Virus record (IMG/VR): IMGVR_UViG_3300027886_000002
Span: 1 to 43,205 of that record
Source of the DNA: a virus
Taxonomy: Duplodnaviria > Caudoviricetes
Length of the DNA stretch: 43,205 nt
Reading direction: 5' to 3' (one strand)
In this document: in pieces, positions 8,467 through 16,694 of the stretch
Layout: every line of letters starts with the position of its first letter
How positions within the stretch are numbered: position 1 is the first letter of the stretch
Program-made: the position numbers and the translations under genes
Notes under the pieces: generated by a model
What the model was told of the DNA's origin: nothing
Database searches by the model: none
Seen by the model: only the letters and a program-made list of their open reading frames with translations

Positions 8467-9876
8467 GTGACCGATTGGGCCTTCGAGGACCTGCAAGCGA
8501 CGTACGACCTGCGCGACGAAGCGCCGGCCTGGACGCACGCGGTGGACGCCGACACCAACGACCTCAAGGCTCTGCTCTGCGGCCGCCGCTCGGGTAAGAC
8601 CTCCTACATCGCGCTCAAGCTCGCAATGGACGGCCTGCCTGGTGAGGTCCATCCCTTCGTGTGCCTCACCCAGCAGAAGGCCCGGGACAACCTGTGGCCT
8701 ATCCTCGACCGCTTCCAGAAGACGCACGGCATCAAAGTCGACTACAACCGCAGCACGGGCACGGCCACCACGGACCGCGGCGTGGTCATCCAATGCATGG
8801 GGCTGTCCACCAAGCCTGAGATTGAGAAGCTGCGCGGCCAGCGCTACCCGGGCGTCATCTTCGACGAATGCGGGGCGATGAACCAAGACCTGCTCAAAAC
8901 CGCCATCTTTGAAGCGGCAGAGCCGGCGACCGCGGATTTCTACGGGCGGGGCGGGTTCGGCGTCATCTGCAGCGGCACGCCGAGCTACGCGCCGGTCGGG
9001 CTCTGGCACGACATCTGCGGCGGCAACGAGGGCCCGAGCAAGCACGGGTTCTCCGTCTTCCGGGCTACCATCCTCGACAACCACCACATCCCGAACGCTG
9101 CGGCCTACCTCGAACGCAAGCGGAACCAGAAGAGGTGGACGGAGGACACGCCGGAGTACATGCGGGAGTACCGCGGGTTGTTCTGCCTCTCGACGGACGG
9201 CCTGTGCTACGGGCGCGCGTGGAACGGGACGGTCGAGCGCCGCGTGCTGATGCCCCTCATGGGGCTCACCATCATCTCGTTGGACTTCGGCGAGTCGAGC
9301 CCGTGCGCCTGGAACGTGGTGCGGGTCAGTCTCCATCGCGAGCAGAGGGGGGACCAGATTTACGAGGAGATGATTTGCCACGTGCTGGAGAGCCGGCGCG
9401 AGGTCTGCGACAGCTTGGCCAAGATTGCGGGCATCACCCGCGACTTGATGAAAACCTACAGCGCTGGCTACCTGGTGGGCGACAGCGCGGAGGGTTTCGG
9501 CATCCGCCAGCTCGTCCAGCAATATGGGCTGCCATTCGAGAAGAGCGAGAAGAGCGGTCAAAAGCAAGAGCGCATCTTCATGATGGCCGGCATGCTGCGC
9601 TGCGGGCAAGTGCGCATCTATGAGGACTGCTACCCGCTGGTCGAGGAGATTTCGACAATCCCATGGAACGAAGACCACGACGACCACCACGGTAGCTACG
9701 CCGACCACTGCAGCGATTCGCTCCACTACGCCATCGAAAAGGCGATGATGCTGACGCGCGTGAAGCCGGCGCAGCCGGCACCGGGCACGGCTGCGTATCA
9801 CCAACAGAAGCAGCTGGAGCTCAAGCAAAAGCTCATCGCCGCGGCGAAGGGCCAGAAGCCAGGCAGGAGGAGATAG
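8467..9876 (+). CDS. terL: Terminase large subunit
   Basis: Walker A GRRSGKT, Walker B VIFDE, coupling GTP motif, nuclease SLDFG and DHCSDSLHY. Confidence 0.92.
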   Translation: MTDWAFEDLQATYDLRDEAPAWTHAVDADTNDLKALLCGRRSGKTSYIALKLAMDGLPGEVHPFVCLTQQKARDNLWPILDRFQKTHGIKVDYNRSTGTATTDRGVVIQCMGLSTKPEIEKLRGQRYPGVIFDECGAMNQDLLKTAIFEAAEPATADFYGRGGFGVICSGTPSYAPVGLWHDICGGNEGPSKHGFSVFRATILDNHHIPNAAAYLERKRNQKRWTEDTPEYMREYRGLFCLSTDGLCYGRAWNGTVERRVLMPLMGLTIISLDFGESSPCAWNVVRVSLHREQRGDQIYEEMICHVLESRREVCDSLAKIAGITRDLMKTYSAGYLVGDSAEGFGIRQLVQQYGLPFEKSEKSGQKQERIFMMAGMLRCGQVRIYEDCYPLVEEISTIPWNEDHDDHHGSYADHCSDSLHYAIEKAMMLTRVKPAQPAPGTAAYHQQKQLELKQKLIAAAKGQKPGRRR

Positions 9877-9929
9877 CCCGACGCAGGGCGGCGCTCGTCA
9901 GATGGAGCCCCTGTTCCCTGCGCCGGGCT
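9875..9929. terminator. GC-rich hairpin at the convergence of the two genome arms
   Basis: agcccgacgcaggg (9875-9888) pairs 13/14 with ccctgcgccgggct (9916-9929); no clear U-tract. Confidence 0.45.
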
Positions 9930-9935
9930 GCCGTC

Positions 9936-10175
9936 TCAGTCGCGGCCCCAACGGGCGCGGATGCACGAGCCGTCGCAGTAGACGGTGTGCGGGTAGGTGT
10001 CGTAATCGCCGGCCGTGACGCTGTCGTGGCCTTCGCACTCGCGGGTGTCGAACGTCTCGTCGAAGGCGCGTTCGACATCTGCGTCAACGAAGATGGCAGG
10101 CTCTCGACCGCGGTCTTGCGTGTGGAGGGCGATTTCTCCGCGATACTCGGTGGCGATTGCTTGGGTCAACGTCAT
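9936..10175 (-). CDS. 79 aa hypothetical protein (leaderless)
   Basis: MTLTQAIATEYRGEIALH...ECEGH...YCDGSC; own promoter 6 nt upstream. Confidence 0.7.
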   Translation of the reverse strand: MTLTQAIATEYRGEIALHTQDRGREPAIFVDADVERAFDETFDTRECEGHDSVTAGDYDTYPHTVYCDGSCIRARWGRD

Positions 10176-10181
10176 ACACAG

Positions 10182-10210
10182 AGCATGCACCGTCCCGCCC
10201 GAGCCGTCAA
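10182..10210 (-). promoter_or_regulatory. sigma70-like leaderless promoter
   Basis: TTGACG(10210-10205)-17-CATGCT(10187-10182)-6 nt-ATG. Confidence 0.7.
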
Positions 10211-10803
10211 GGAAAATCGTCAACGGACCATTCCGCAAGGCGGATGAGCTCGCGGGCGAAGCGCTCTGGCGACGCGCAGGCCTCCCGTTTCCTGAGCGAG
10301 GGTTTGGGGCGCTTCTGCTTGGAATCATGCCCAATCTGGTGGGTGTAGGGAGGCTCCGACCAGTCGAGCTCGAAGGGCGCGCGCCGGCCGCAGTAGATGA
10401 GCCACGTGCGCTTCCGGGCCTTGTGGCCGTAGGCACACTGCGAGACCTGGCACACCCACACGCCCGCGCCAACCTGCGTCCAGCGCCAGCCGTCCGGATG
10501 CGGCACGCCGTGCGCGGCGAAGGCCTTGGAGCCCGCCGGGTGCTCGAGCACGCCGCCGCACCGGTCCAGCTGCTCGAGCGCGAAGGCGAAGCAGCCGCCG
10601 TCATTCCCGGGCCTGTTCTTCTCTTTGGGGTAACGCTTGAAGTTGACGGCCGCCATGTTCGTCCAGAGCTGGCACGGCGGATGCGCCACCACGGGCCCGG
10701 GCCCGGCGTACGTGCGCGCGTCACGCTTCTCGTCCCAGCAGTGCTCGGCGCCGAGCAGTCGCGGGTAGACACCCTTGGCATCGACGAAAAGCGCGTCTGT
10801 CAT
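10207..10803 (-). CDS. Short DNA cytosine-5 methyltransferase-like protein
   Basis: AHPPCQ (motif IV PC), VLEHP (motif VI-like), QCAYGHKARKRT (motif VIII-like); canonical FxGxG not evident. Confidence 0.6.
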   Translation of the reverse strand: MTDALFVDAKGVYPRLLGAEHCWDEKRDARTYAGPGPVVAHPPCQLWTNMAAVNFKRYPKEKNRPGNDGGCFAFALEQLDRCGGVLEHPAGSKAFAAHGVPHPDGWRWTQVGAGVWVCQVSQCAYGHKARKRTWLIYCGRRAPFELDWSEPPYTHQIGHDSKQKRPKPSLRKREACASPERFARELIRLAEWSVDDFP

Positions 10804-12650
10804 GACTTCGGGCTCATCTTCGGATTCCAGTGGTATTGCGGCGACTTGCCGTTCATCTGGAACCCTACGCGGTCCTCGAGCAAGGACATCGCTTCGTTGA
10901 TTTCCCCGGGCTTGGCCGCGACGTCGTGGATGAGCTCAGCGCGCGTCAACCAACGGTCGGCCTTCTGCAGCCGGTCATAGAGCTGGTGCGCCATTCGGGC
11001 GACCTTGGGGGTTGACTTGCGGTCGGTGGCAGCCAGCGCCGAGTAGGCCAGTTTGATGCCGGTCGAATCCGGGTCGTCCGGCGGGGCCGGCGTGCTGTTG
11101 AGGTTGGCCTCCACCTGGAAGCTGCGGAGGGAGAGACCGTCGCGCGTGCCGGCGGCATACCCCTTGGTGACGCACGTCTCCTCGTCACGAGTGAGCTCGA
11201 TGTGGTTGCCGGCGGCGCCGAACAGTGCGGCCGTGCCGTTGCTACGCCCGCTCTTGTTGTTGTGGTGGAGCACGATGACGTTGCACCCTGTGCCCTCCGC
11301 CGCCTTGTCGAGCGTGTAGAGCCCGTCCGCGAACTTCGGGTCATTCTCCTCCACGCCGGCCTCCCGCGAGAGCGAGCGCAAGGTGTCGAAAATCACCAGC
11401 TTGTGGGCTGACAGCGCCTGACGCAGATGGTCGAAGTTGCATTTGGGCCCCGCGAGCCGCAGGATGTCCGTCACGTGCAATCCGTCCGGAATGGAAATCT
11501 GCTGGTCGAGCGCCAGGCGCTTCCAGGTCCGCGCCACGCCCTCCAGGTCCTCTCCCGCCACGTACAGCACGTCACCCTTGCCGACCTTCAGCTTGCCCCA
11601 CAGCGGCCGCCCTGAGGCCACTGCGAGGGCGACAGAGGCCGCCAGGGTGCTCTTGCCGCAGCGGGCGTCAGCGGTCCACAGGGACGGCCGTCCGTCTCGG
11701 ATGCCGAGCTCCTTGCACAGGTACTCCACCCGCGTCACCTGGCCCACCAGGGCGGCCGCGCTGACCCAGAGCATGGCGGGCTGTTCGACGGGCGGAGGCG
11801 CCGGCACGACGCCCGCGGCGAGCCGCAACGTGTCCTTGGCGTGCGCCGGCACGAGAGAGCCCGGCTGGTGTTGGCGGTCGTGTGCGGCCTGCTCGACCTT
11901 GTGGGCCAGCTCTGCCTCGCTCCAAGAGGGCTTGCATCGGGAGTTGAAAATTCGAAGCGCCTTCATCGAGGCCTCGAAGGTCAGCCGGAAGCTCGAGCGC
12001 AGGGTGCACGCGGCGTCGAACAGGCGGCCGTGGCCATCGTCGCCCGAGACCGACGCTGGCATGGAGCGCATCATCGCCTCGACGTCAGGCCAGAAGAGCG
12101 CGCCATCCGAGAGCAGCCCGTCCACGTTCTCGGCGAAGTCCTGACGATGCTCCTGCGCCTCCGCCGCGGCGACGGTCGGCATCGAGGCGGCCCAGCCCGC
12201 GTCATTGACGCGCCACTCCGCGTCCGGCGGAGGCACGAAAAACGACCGATTGGGGTTGCAACATTTCGAGTCCATCTCGAAATCGTGCATCGCCATCTTG
12301 GCCTTGAATTGCGCCTTCCAGGTCTTCGGGTCGCCCGGTTCGGCCAGCTCCACCACCACACGCCAATGAGGGTCGGCGGGCGTGTGGCTGTGCGTGGTGT
12401 GCGCGAAGAAGTTCCAGGCGGCGAGCTGGTCCCATGGCGGCTCGGCGCCGTCGAAGTCCAGCGCCAGCGCCTCGACGCTCTTGGTGTGACCCTCCGTCTT
12501 TCCGCCCTGCATATCGCTCGGGCTCCAGAGCGCGGCCGTCTCCTTGTCGGCGGAGGCCTCGCCTCGCAGGAGATCGGGCAAGTCGGCGAAGTCCACCTCG
12601 CCATTCTGCGGCTCGGAGTCGTACTTGTTCGTGAAAAACGAGAGCTTCAT
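10800..12650 (-). CDS. Primase-helicase: AEP/prim-pol domain, PriCT helical domain and RecA-like (AAA_25-type) helicase
   Basis: LALDFDG, HTTHSH, HWRVV; FNSRCKPSWSEAELAHKV; Walker A ARCGKST, Walker B VIFDT, VLHH. Confidence 0.85.
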   Translation of the reverse strand: MKLSFFTNKYDSEPQNGEVDFADLPDLLRGEASADKETAALWSPSDMQGGKTEGHTKSVEALALDFDGAEPPWDQLAAWNFFAHTTHSHTPADPHWRVVVELAEPGDPKTWKAQFKAKMAMHDFEMDSKCCNPNRSFFVPPPDAEWRVNDAGWAASMPTVAAAEAQEHRQDFAENVDGLLSDGALFWPDVEAMMRSMPASVSGDDGHGRLFDAACTLRSSFRLTFEASMKALRIFNSRCKPSWSEAELAHKVEQAAHDRQHQPGSLVPAHAKDTLRLAAGVVPAPPPVEQPAMLWVSAAALVGQVTRVEYLCKELGIRDGRPSLWTADARCGKSTLAASVALAVASGRPLWGKLKVGKGDVLYVAGEDLEGVARTWKRLALDQQISIPDGLHVTDILRLAGPKCNFDHLRQALSAHKLVIFDTLRSLSREAGVEENDPKFADGLYTLDKAAEGTGCNVIVLHHNNKSGRSNGTAALFGAAGNHIELTRDEETCVTKGYAAGTRDGLSLRSFQVEANLNSTPAPPDDPDSTGIKLAYSALAATDRKSTPKVARMAHQLYDRLQKADRWLTRAELIHDVAAKPGEINEAMSLLEDRVGFQMNGKSPQYHWNPKMSPKS

Positions 12651-13333
12651 CCGCCCACCAGGAAGAGCCGTTCGGTGTGAACCTTACCAGATTTCAGCCC
12701 GAAAGTCCCTTTCGATGTCCTCGACCAAACTTCTTTACCGTGCGGGAAGGAGTATTCTGAAACGAAAACAGGTCCAAATTTTGCCCACTGTAGGACCCTC
12801 GCGTCAAACATCTCTGTATCGAACGCGCCGATTGCCTTGTATCCTGCTGTTCCGCGATACGGCGGGTCCAGATAGAGCACGAAGCCCGAATCAAAAGGCT
12901 CTTCAGCCAGGAAGTCACACCAGAACACATCCGTTGGCACTGGCGCCGCTCTCTTTACGTTGCGGGCGGCTAGTTGCGCGTAAGTAAGAGGCCCATTAAA
13001 CCCGCTGGCGTATGACGCGAAGTAGCTTCCGCCGAAAGATGACCCGAAACCGATGAGGGCTTTTCGTGGGTCGCTGTCGGGTAGGTTGCGTGCTGCGGCG
13101 TGCTCTTCTCGTGAGACATCGGTCGGAGGCTCCCACCCGGCACGCACGGCTTGATAGAGCGCTATGAGTGATGCGCAGGCGTCGGACGCGAACACATGGC
13201 CGTTCACCGATAGCGCCTCACTCATTGAAAGACCTCCGCAGAAGGCGTCCCAGATAGGTCGGCCACTGCGGACCTTGTCAATCTCAGCCGCCAACATCCG
13301 CGCAATTCTGGTTTTGCCGCCTAGATACCGCAT
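12647..13333 (-). CDS. DNA adenine N6-methyltransferase (Dam/D12-like)
   Basis: MRYLGGK, DAFCGG (motif I), YLDPPY (motif IV), VSEY; start reassigned to ATG 13333. Confidence 0.9.
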   Translation of the reverse strand: MRYLGGKTRIARMLAAEIDKVRSGRPIWDAFCGGLSMSEALSVNGHVFASDACASLIALYQAVRAGWEPPTDVSREEHAAARNLPDSDPRKALIGFGSSFGGSYFASYASGFNGPLTYAQLAARNVKRAAPVPTDVFWCDFLAEEPFDSGFVLYLDPPYRGTAGYKAIGAFDTEMFDARVLQWAKFGPVFVSEYSFPHGKEVWSRTSKGTFGLKSGKVHTERLFLVGG

Positions 13334-14595
13334 TGCGCATCTCGGATTTCCTGGTGCGTCACCCGGCAGCGGCTTTCCTCGCCGAAGCGCTCGTGGAACG
13401 TGATGCACTCCACCAGTCGCTCGGAGCGGTAGCCCTCGCTGTGGTGCCAGAAGTCCGGCGCGCACAAGCTGTTGAAGCTCTCCCATCGGCCCCAGCGGAA
13501 TTCCTGGACGTTCTTGTGGTGGATGTGGCCTGTGAACGCGCGCCGGTGCGGGCACTCGCCGATGTCCTGCGGGCGGTCGACCAGCATGATTTCCCCGAGC
13601 TCCTGAGGCTTGACGCGCTTGTCTCCGTGGGTGTACATGAACAGGTTGCGGTTCCATCGCAAGTACATGTACGGGTTCGCGTTGTCGAGGATTTCGACCC
13701 GGTCGGAGCCCTCGTAGATGGCGGCGAGCCAGATGCGCGTGATGAGCGAAAGGTCCGGGTCGTGGTTGCCCGGCACGATGACCACCACCACGTGCTGGTG
13801 AACCTGGAGCAGCCGGTCAATCATGTAGCGCAGGCACGTGAGGCCCTGCTCCATGATTTTCGTCTTGCGCCCATCGACGTCCAGCTTGTTGCCACCGCGC
13901 GGCGTCACCTGCTTGTCGTTCTCCGCGTGCCAGAGGTCCCCCACCTCGCAGAGCACGGCGGTTTCCGCGATGGGCGCCTTGCGCACCAGCAGGTCAACGC
14001 TCCGGCGCAGGTCCGTGGTGGCGATTTTCAGGTCGAAGTTATTGCCCGTTTCCCGCGCGTGCGCGAGCAGGCCGATGTGCGGGTCGCCCCAGACGAAGTG
14101 ATTGAGCCGATAGCTCGGGTCGACGCCCGGGATGATGACGCGGGGCTCGGGCAGCGCATCGCCGCGGTAGTCCTCCATATGGCGGTCGATGGCCTCCACC
14201 AGCTCCTTCGAGCTGTAGGGCGAGCGCCGCGCCTTTATCCACTGGCCTGTAATCTGGCCGTCCTTCACGTAGCTCGAGAGCTTGTCGACCTCGAACCCGT
14301 CGAGCACGGCGGGCAGCGTGCGCTGCTCCGGCGCTTCCTCCGCGTCGGGCTTGCTCTGGACGCTCTTGGGCACGCCGTCGCCGTCCGTGGTGAGCTGCGT
14401 GACGTGGAACCCCTCCGGCACGGGCGGCTGCGCCTCCGTCAACGCATCGACGTTCGCGGCCACAATATGCATTCGTTGCAGCCGGCGCCGGACGCTGTTC
14501 CGGTCGATGCCAGCGGCACGCGCAACGCCCTTGTAGCTCTTGTGCTCTGCCCAAAGCTTCCGCAGAGTTTCGTCCGTCACCACTTCACGAGCCAT
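13321..14595 (-). CDS. Calcineurin-like metallophosphoesterase with N-terminal HTH
   Basis: GDPHIG, GDLWH, PGNHD, THGD, GHIHH; N-terminal YKGVARAAGIDRNSVRRRL. Confidence 0.85.
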   Translation of the reverse strand: MAREVVTDETLRKLWAEHKSYKGVARAAGIDRNSVRRRLQRMHIVAANVDALTEAQPPVPEGFHVTQLTTDGDGVPKSVQSKPDAEEAPEQRTLPAVLDGFEVDKLSSYVKDGQITGQWIKARRSPYSSKELVEAIDRHMEDYRGDALPEPRVIIPGVDPSYRLNHFVWGDPHIGLLAHARETGNNFDLKIATTDLRRSVDLLVRKAPIAETAVLCEVGDLWHAENDKQVTPRGGNKLDVDGRKTKIMEQGLTCLRYMIDRLLQVHQHVVVVIVPGNHDPDLSLITRIWLAAIYEGSDRVEILDNANPYMYLRWNRNLFMYTHGDKRVKPQELGEIMLVDRPQDIGECPHRRAFTGHIHHKNVQEFRWGRWESFNSLCAPDFWHHSEGYRSERLVECITFHERFGEESRCRVTHQEIRDAQCGI

Positions 14596-15074
14596 TTCTT
14601 GAGCTCCCTTCTTGTGAACCGCTGTCCCGCCTCGCCGATGGCGATGGCATCAATCTCGTCCTGGTCTGCGTCGTTTTCCGGGTCGAGCCCCGTCAGCCGG
14701 AACATCTCGACGAAGTTCCGGCAGGCGCTCTCTTTCTTCATGTTCCACGCGCTGCCGAGCAGCTTGCGCTTCCAGTCCTCGACAGGAATCCATACGCGCA
14801 TGCCGTCGGGCGCCAGCGGCGTGGAGAAGAGCCCCGCCATCCCCCAGCCCGCGGGCGACACCACGCTGGCCGGCGTGCGGTCCTCGCGAATGACGCCCGT
14901 GGGTTTTTCAGCGATGACGAGGGTGAAGAGCGAGACGGGCGGCTGTCGAAAAGTGGTCCACTTGGCGTGCGGCACTGCGAAGTGGTTGCAGGCAAAGACC
15001 GTCTTGGGCGGCTTGCCGCCGTCGATGCCGCACGTCCACACGTTGCCGATGGTCTCTTCACTCTTTCGGGGCAT
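14577..15074 (-). CDS. RuvC-like Holliday junction resolvase
   Basis: CGIDGG, VIAEKP, WKRKLLG, DEIDAIAIG acidic catalytic pattern; GGAGG SD before ATG 15074. Confidence 0.7.
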   Translation of the reverse strand: MPRKSEETIGNVWTCGIDGGKPPKTVFACNHFAVPHAKWTTFRQPPVSLFTLVIAEKPTGVIREDRTPASVVSPAGWGMAGLFSTPLAPDGMRVWIPVEDWKRKLLGSAWNMKKESACRNFVEMFRLTGLDPENDADQDEIDAIAIGEAGQRFTRRELKKWLVKW

Positions 15075-15564
15075 TCTGCCCTCCACTGAAGGCGCTGGTG
15101 GGCAGCCCGCGCTGCTTGGCCCGCTCGCGCCACGGGATGACCTTGCCCTTCTCGTCGATGAAGCCCCACGGGCGCTCGGAGCGCCATCCGATGAAGAGCG
15201 TCCAGGCGCCGCCGGGCGAGAGCTCGACGATGCGATGCATGTCGGGAATGCGGCTGACGCGGCCCGGGCGCCGAAGTTCCCAGATGCGCAAACAGCGCGG
15301 GCTCCCCGCGGGGAAGACCACGAATGTCTCCTCCCTGTACCAGCCGCGCAGCTTGACCGACCAGCTCGCGAGCCACGGGTGGTTGTGCGGCATCGGGTCC
15401 TCGTCCGGCAGACGGATGTGGTTGACGTAGACCGATAGCAGCCGGGTTTTCAACAGCTGCCAACGGTCCATGTAGACCTCGCCCGTGCCGCGCGCCATCG
15501 TCACGTGCCAGCGCCAGCCCGTGACGCTCTCGAAGGCCCATGCGGCCCATTGCTTAAGCGTCAT
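15058..15564 (-). CDS. Hypothetical phage protein, cupin-like (DxDxxxHxHPW...HRI...WTLF)
   Basis: PDEDPMPHNHPWLASWSVKLRGWYRE...MHRIVEL...AWTLFI...WGF. Confidence 0.6.
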   Translation of the reverse strand: MTLKQWAAWAFESVTGWRWHVTMARGTGEVYMDRWQLLKTRLLSVYVNHIRLPDEDPMPHNHPWLASWSVKLRGWYREETFVVFPAGSPRCLRIWELRRPGRVSRIPDMHRIVELSPGGAWTLFIGWRSERPWGFIDEKGKVIPWRERAKQRGLPTSAFSGGQNAPKE

Positions 15565-16229
15565 TTTTCCTCCAGCGGCAGCTGGTGCCCAGATTCGTCG
15601 GTTGTGCCCTTCGGACCGCTCTCGAACGTGTACTTGAACAGCTGGCCTGAGCGCGCGTGAAAAATCACGATGCCCTCCGGGTTCATGAAGCCAGGCGCCG
15701 CATGCGAACCCGACAGCCTCAATTCTGCCAGAACCAAGGCCAGACGTCCAGTGTCGAATTCGCCCCAGACGTCGAGCTCCGGCACGACCGACACGGGGCA
15801 GCCTTCCGGCACGCCGTTCTTGGGCGCACGGAACAGCGCGAAGCGCTTGTGGTCGAGCCCGTAGGTGCGCTGGATGCCCTGCCCGTACCACTCGCCGAAG
15901 TGGCGGCCGTAGCCGAGCCGGCGCAGCCCGTCGAGGTTGTCGAGCACCCAGCGCCCGAACCCCGCATTGTCGCCTTTGGCGTCCCAGCGCGCGGGCCCAA
16001 ATTGCAGGTAGCTGTGGTCCAGCTCAACCTCGAACAGCCGCCTGTTGCGGTAGCACGCGCCCACCAGGTAACCGCGCTCCGTCTGCGCAAGCTCGAAGCA
16101 GGCGTTGGTGCCGTCGAGCTTCTCCGTCACGTGCACGTCGCCATGGAGGCGCGGGATTTTCTTGTAGGCCTCGAACGGTGCGAGCGACGGAAACCCGACG
16201 CCGAACCCAACCGTTGAATCAAACTCCAT
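15561..16229 (-). CDS. RNA ligase (Rnl2-like adenylyltransferase domain)
   Basis: Motif I TEKLDGTN, III FGEWYG, IIIa FALF, IV PEGIV, V FKY; GGAGG SD. Confidence 0.85.
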   Translation of the reverse strand: MEFDSTVGFGVGFPSLAPFEAYKKIPRLHGDVHVTEKLDGTNACFELAQTERGYLVGACYRNRRLFEVELDHSYLQFGPARWDAKGDNAGFGRWVLDNLDGLRRLGYGRHFGEWYGQGIQRTYGLDHKRFALFRAPKNGVPEGCPVSVVPELDVWGEFDTGRLALVLAELRLSGSHAAPGFMNPEGIVIFHARSGQLFKYTFESGPKGTTDESGHQLPLEEK

Positions 16230-16683
16230 TGGTCGCCTCCTTTTCGAGCGCGATGAAGGGGCCGACACCGGGACGGTCGTCGTACTGGTGGAGCCCGCGC
16301 GCCGTGTAGGCGGCTAGGAACATGTAGCAGCACAAGAAGTGGTGTCGGTGCGGCAAGCCCGTTTCCACGTCGAGCTCCGGCATCCTCGCGTAGTGGTCCA
16401 TCGCGGCCCGGAAGATGCGGCTGTAGGCGATGCCGACTTCCCAATTGCGGGGCGCGTACTTCTGTGCTCCAAACTCGAGAATCTTCACGACGCCAAAGTA
16501 GTCCGCCGGCGCGAGGTAGAGCGGCGCCATCGCACCTGCTCGGTTCCACCAGGCGCGCAGCACGAATGCCGCGTCGTCCATCTCCGCCGGGGCGTAGCGC
16601 CCGTCATCCGGGGCGCAGCGCACCACGTCGTGCGCGAGCAGGTAGCTGGCTGGCTTCTTGGCATCGAATTTCATTCCTGACAT
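16219..16683 (-). CDS. DUF5664 / dATP-dGTP diphosphohydrolase N-terminal-like protein
   Basis: KFDAKK...FGAQKYAPRNWEVG...AAMDH...DVETGLPHRHH. Confidence 0.75.
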   Translation of the reverse strand: MSGMKFDAKKPASYLLAHDVVRCAPDDGRYAPAEMDDAAFVLRAWWNRAGAMAPLYLAPADYFGVVKILEFGAQKYAPRNWEVGIAYSRIFRAAMDHYARMPELDVETGLPHRHHFLCCYMFLAAYTARGLHQYDDRPGVGPFIALEKEATNGV

Positions 16684-16694
16684 TTCGGCTCCTT

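Noticed and set aside
8258-8470. Plus-strand 70 aa ORF between terS and terL
   Set aside because: Poor codon usage; the minus-strand 51 aa ORF with a well-spaced promoter explains the gap better
13333-15438. Long opposite-strand ORFs (e.g. 13333-15438, 16464-18185, 358-1884, 8416-9828, 28189-29604)
   Set aside because: Shadow ORFs typical of high-GC DNA, antisense to genes with clear motifs
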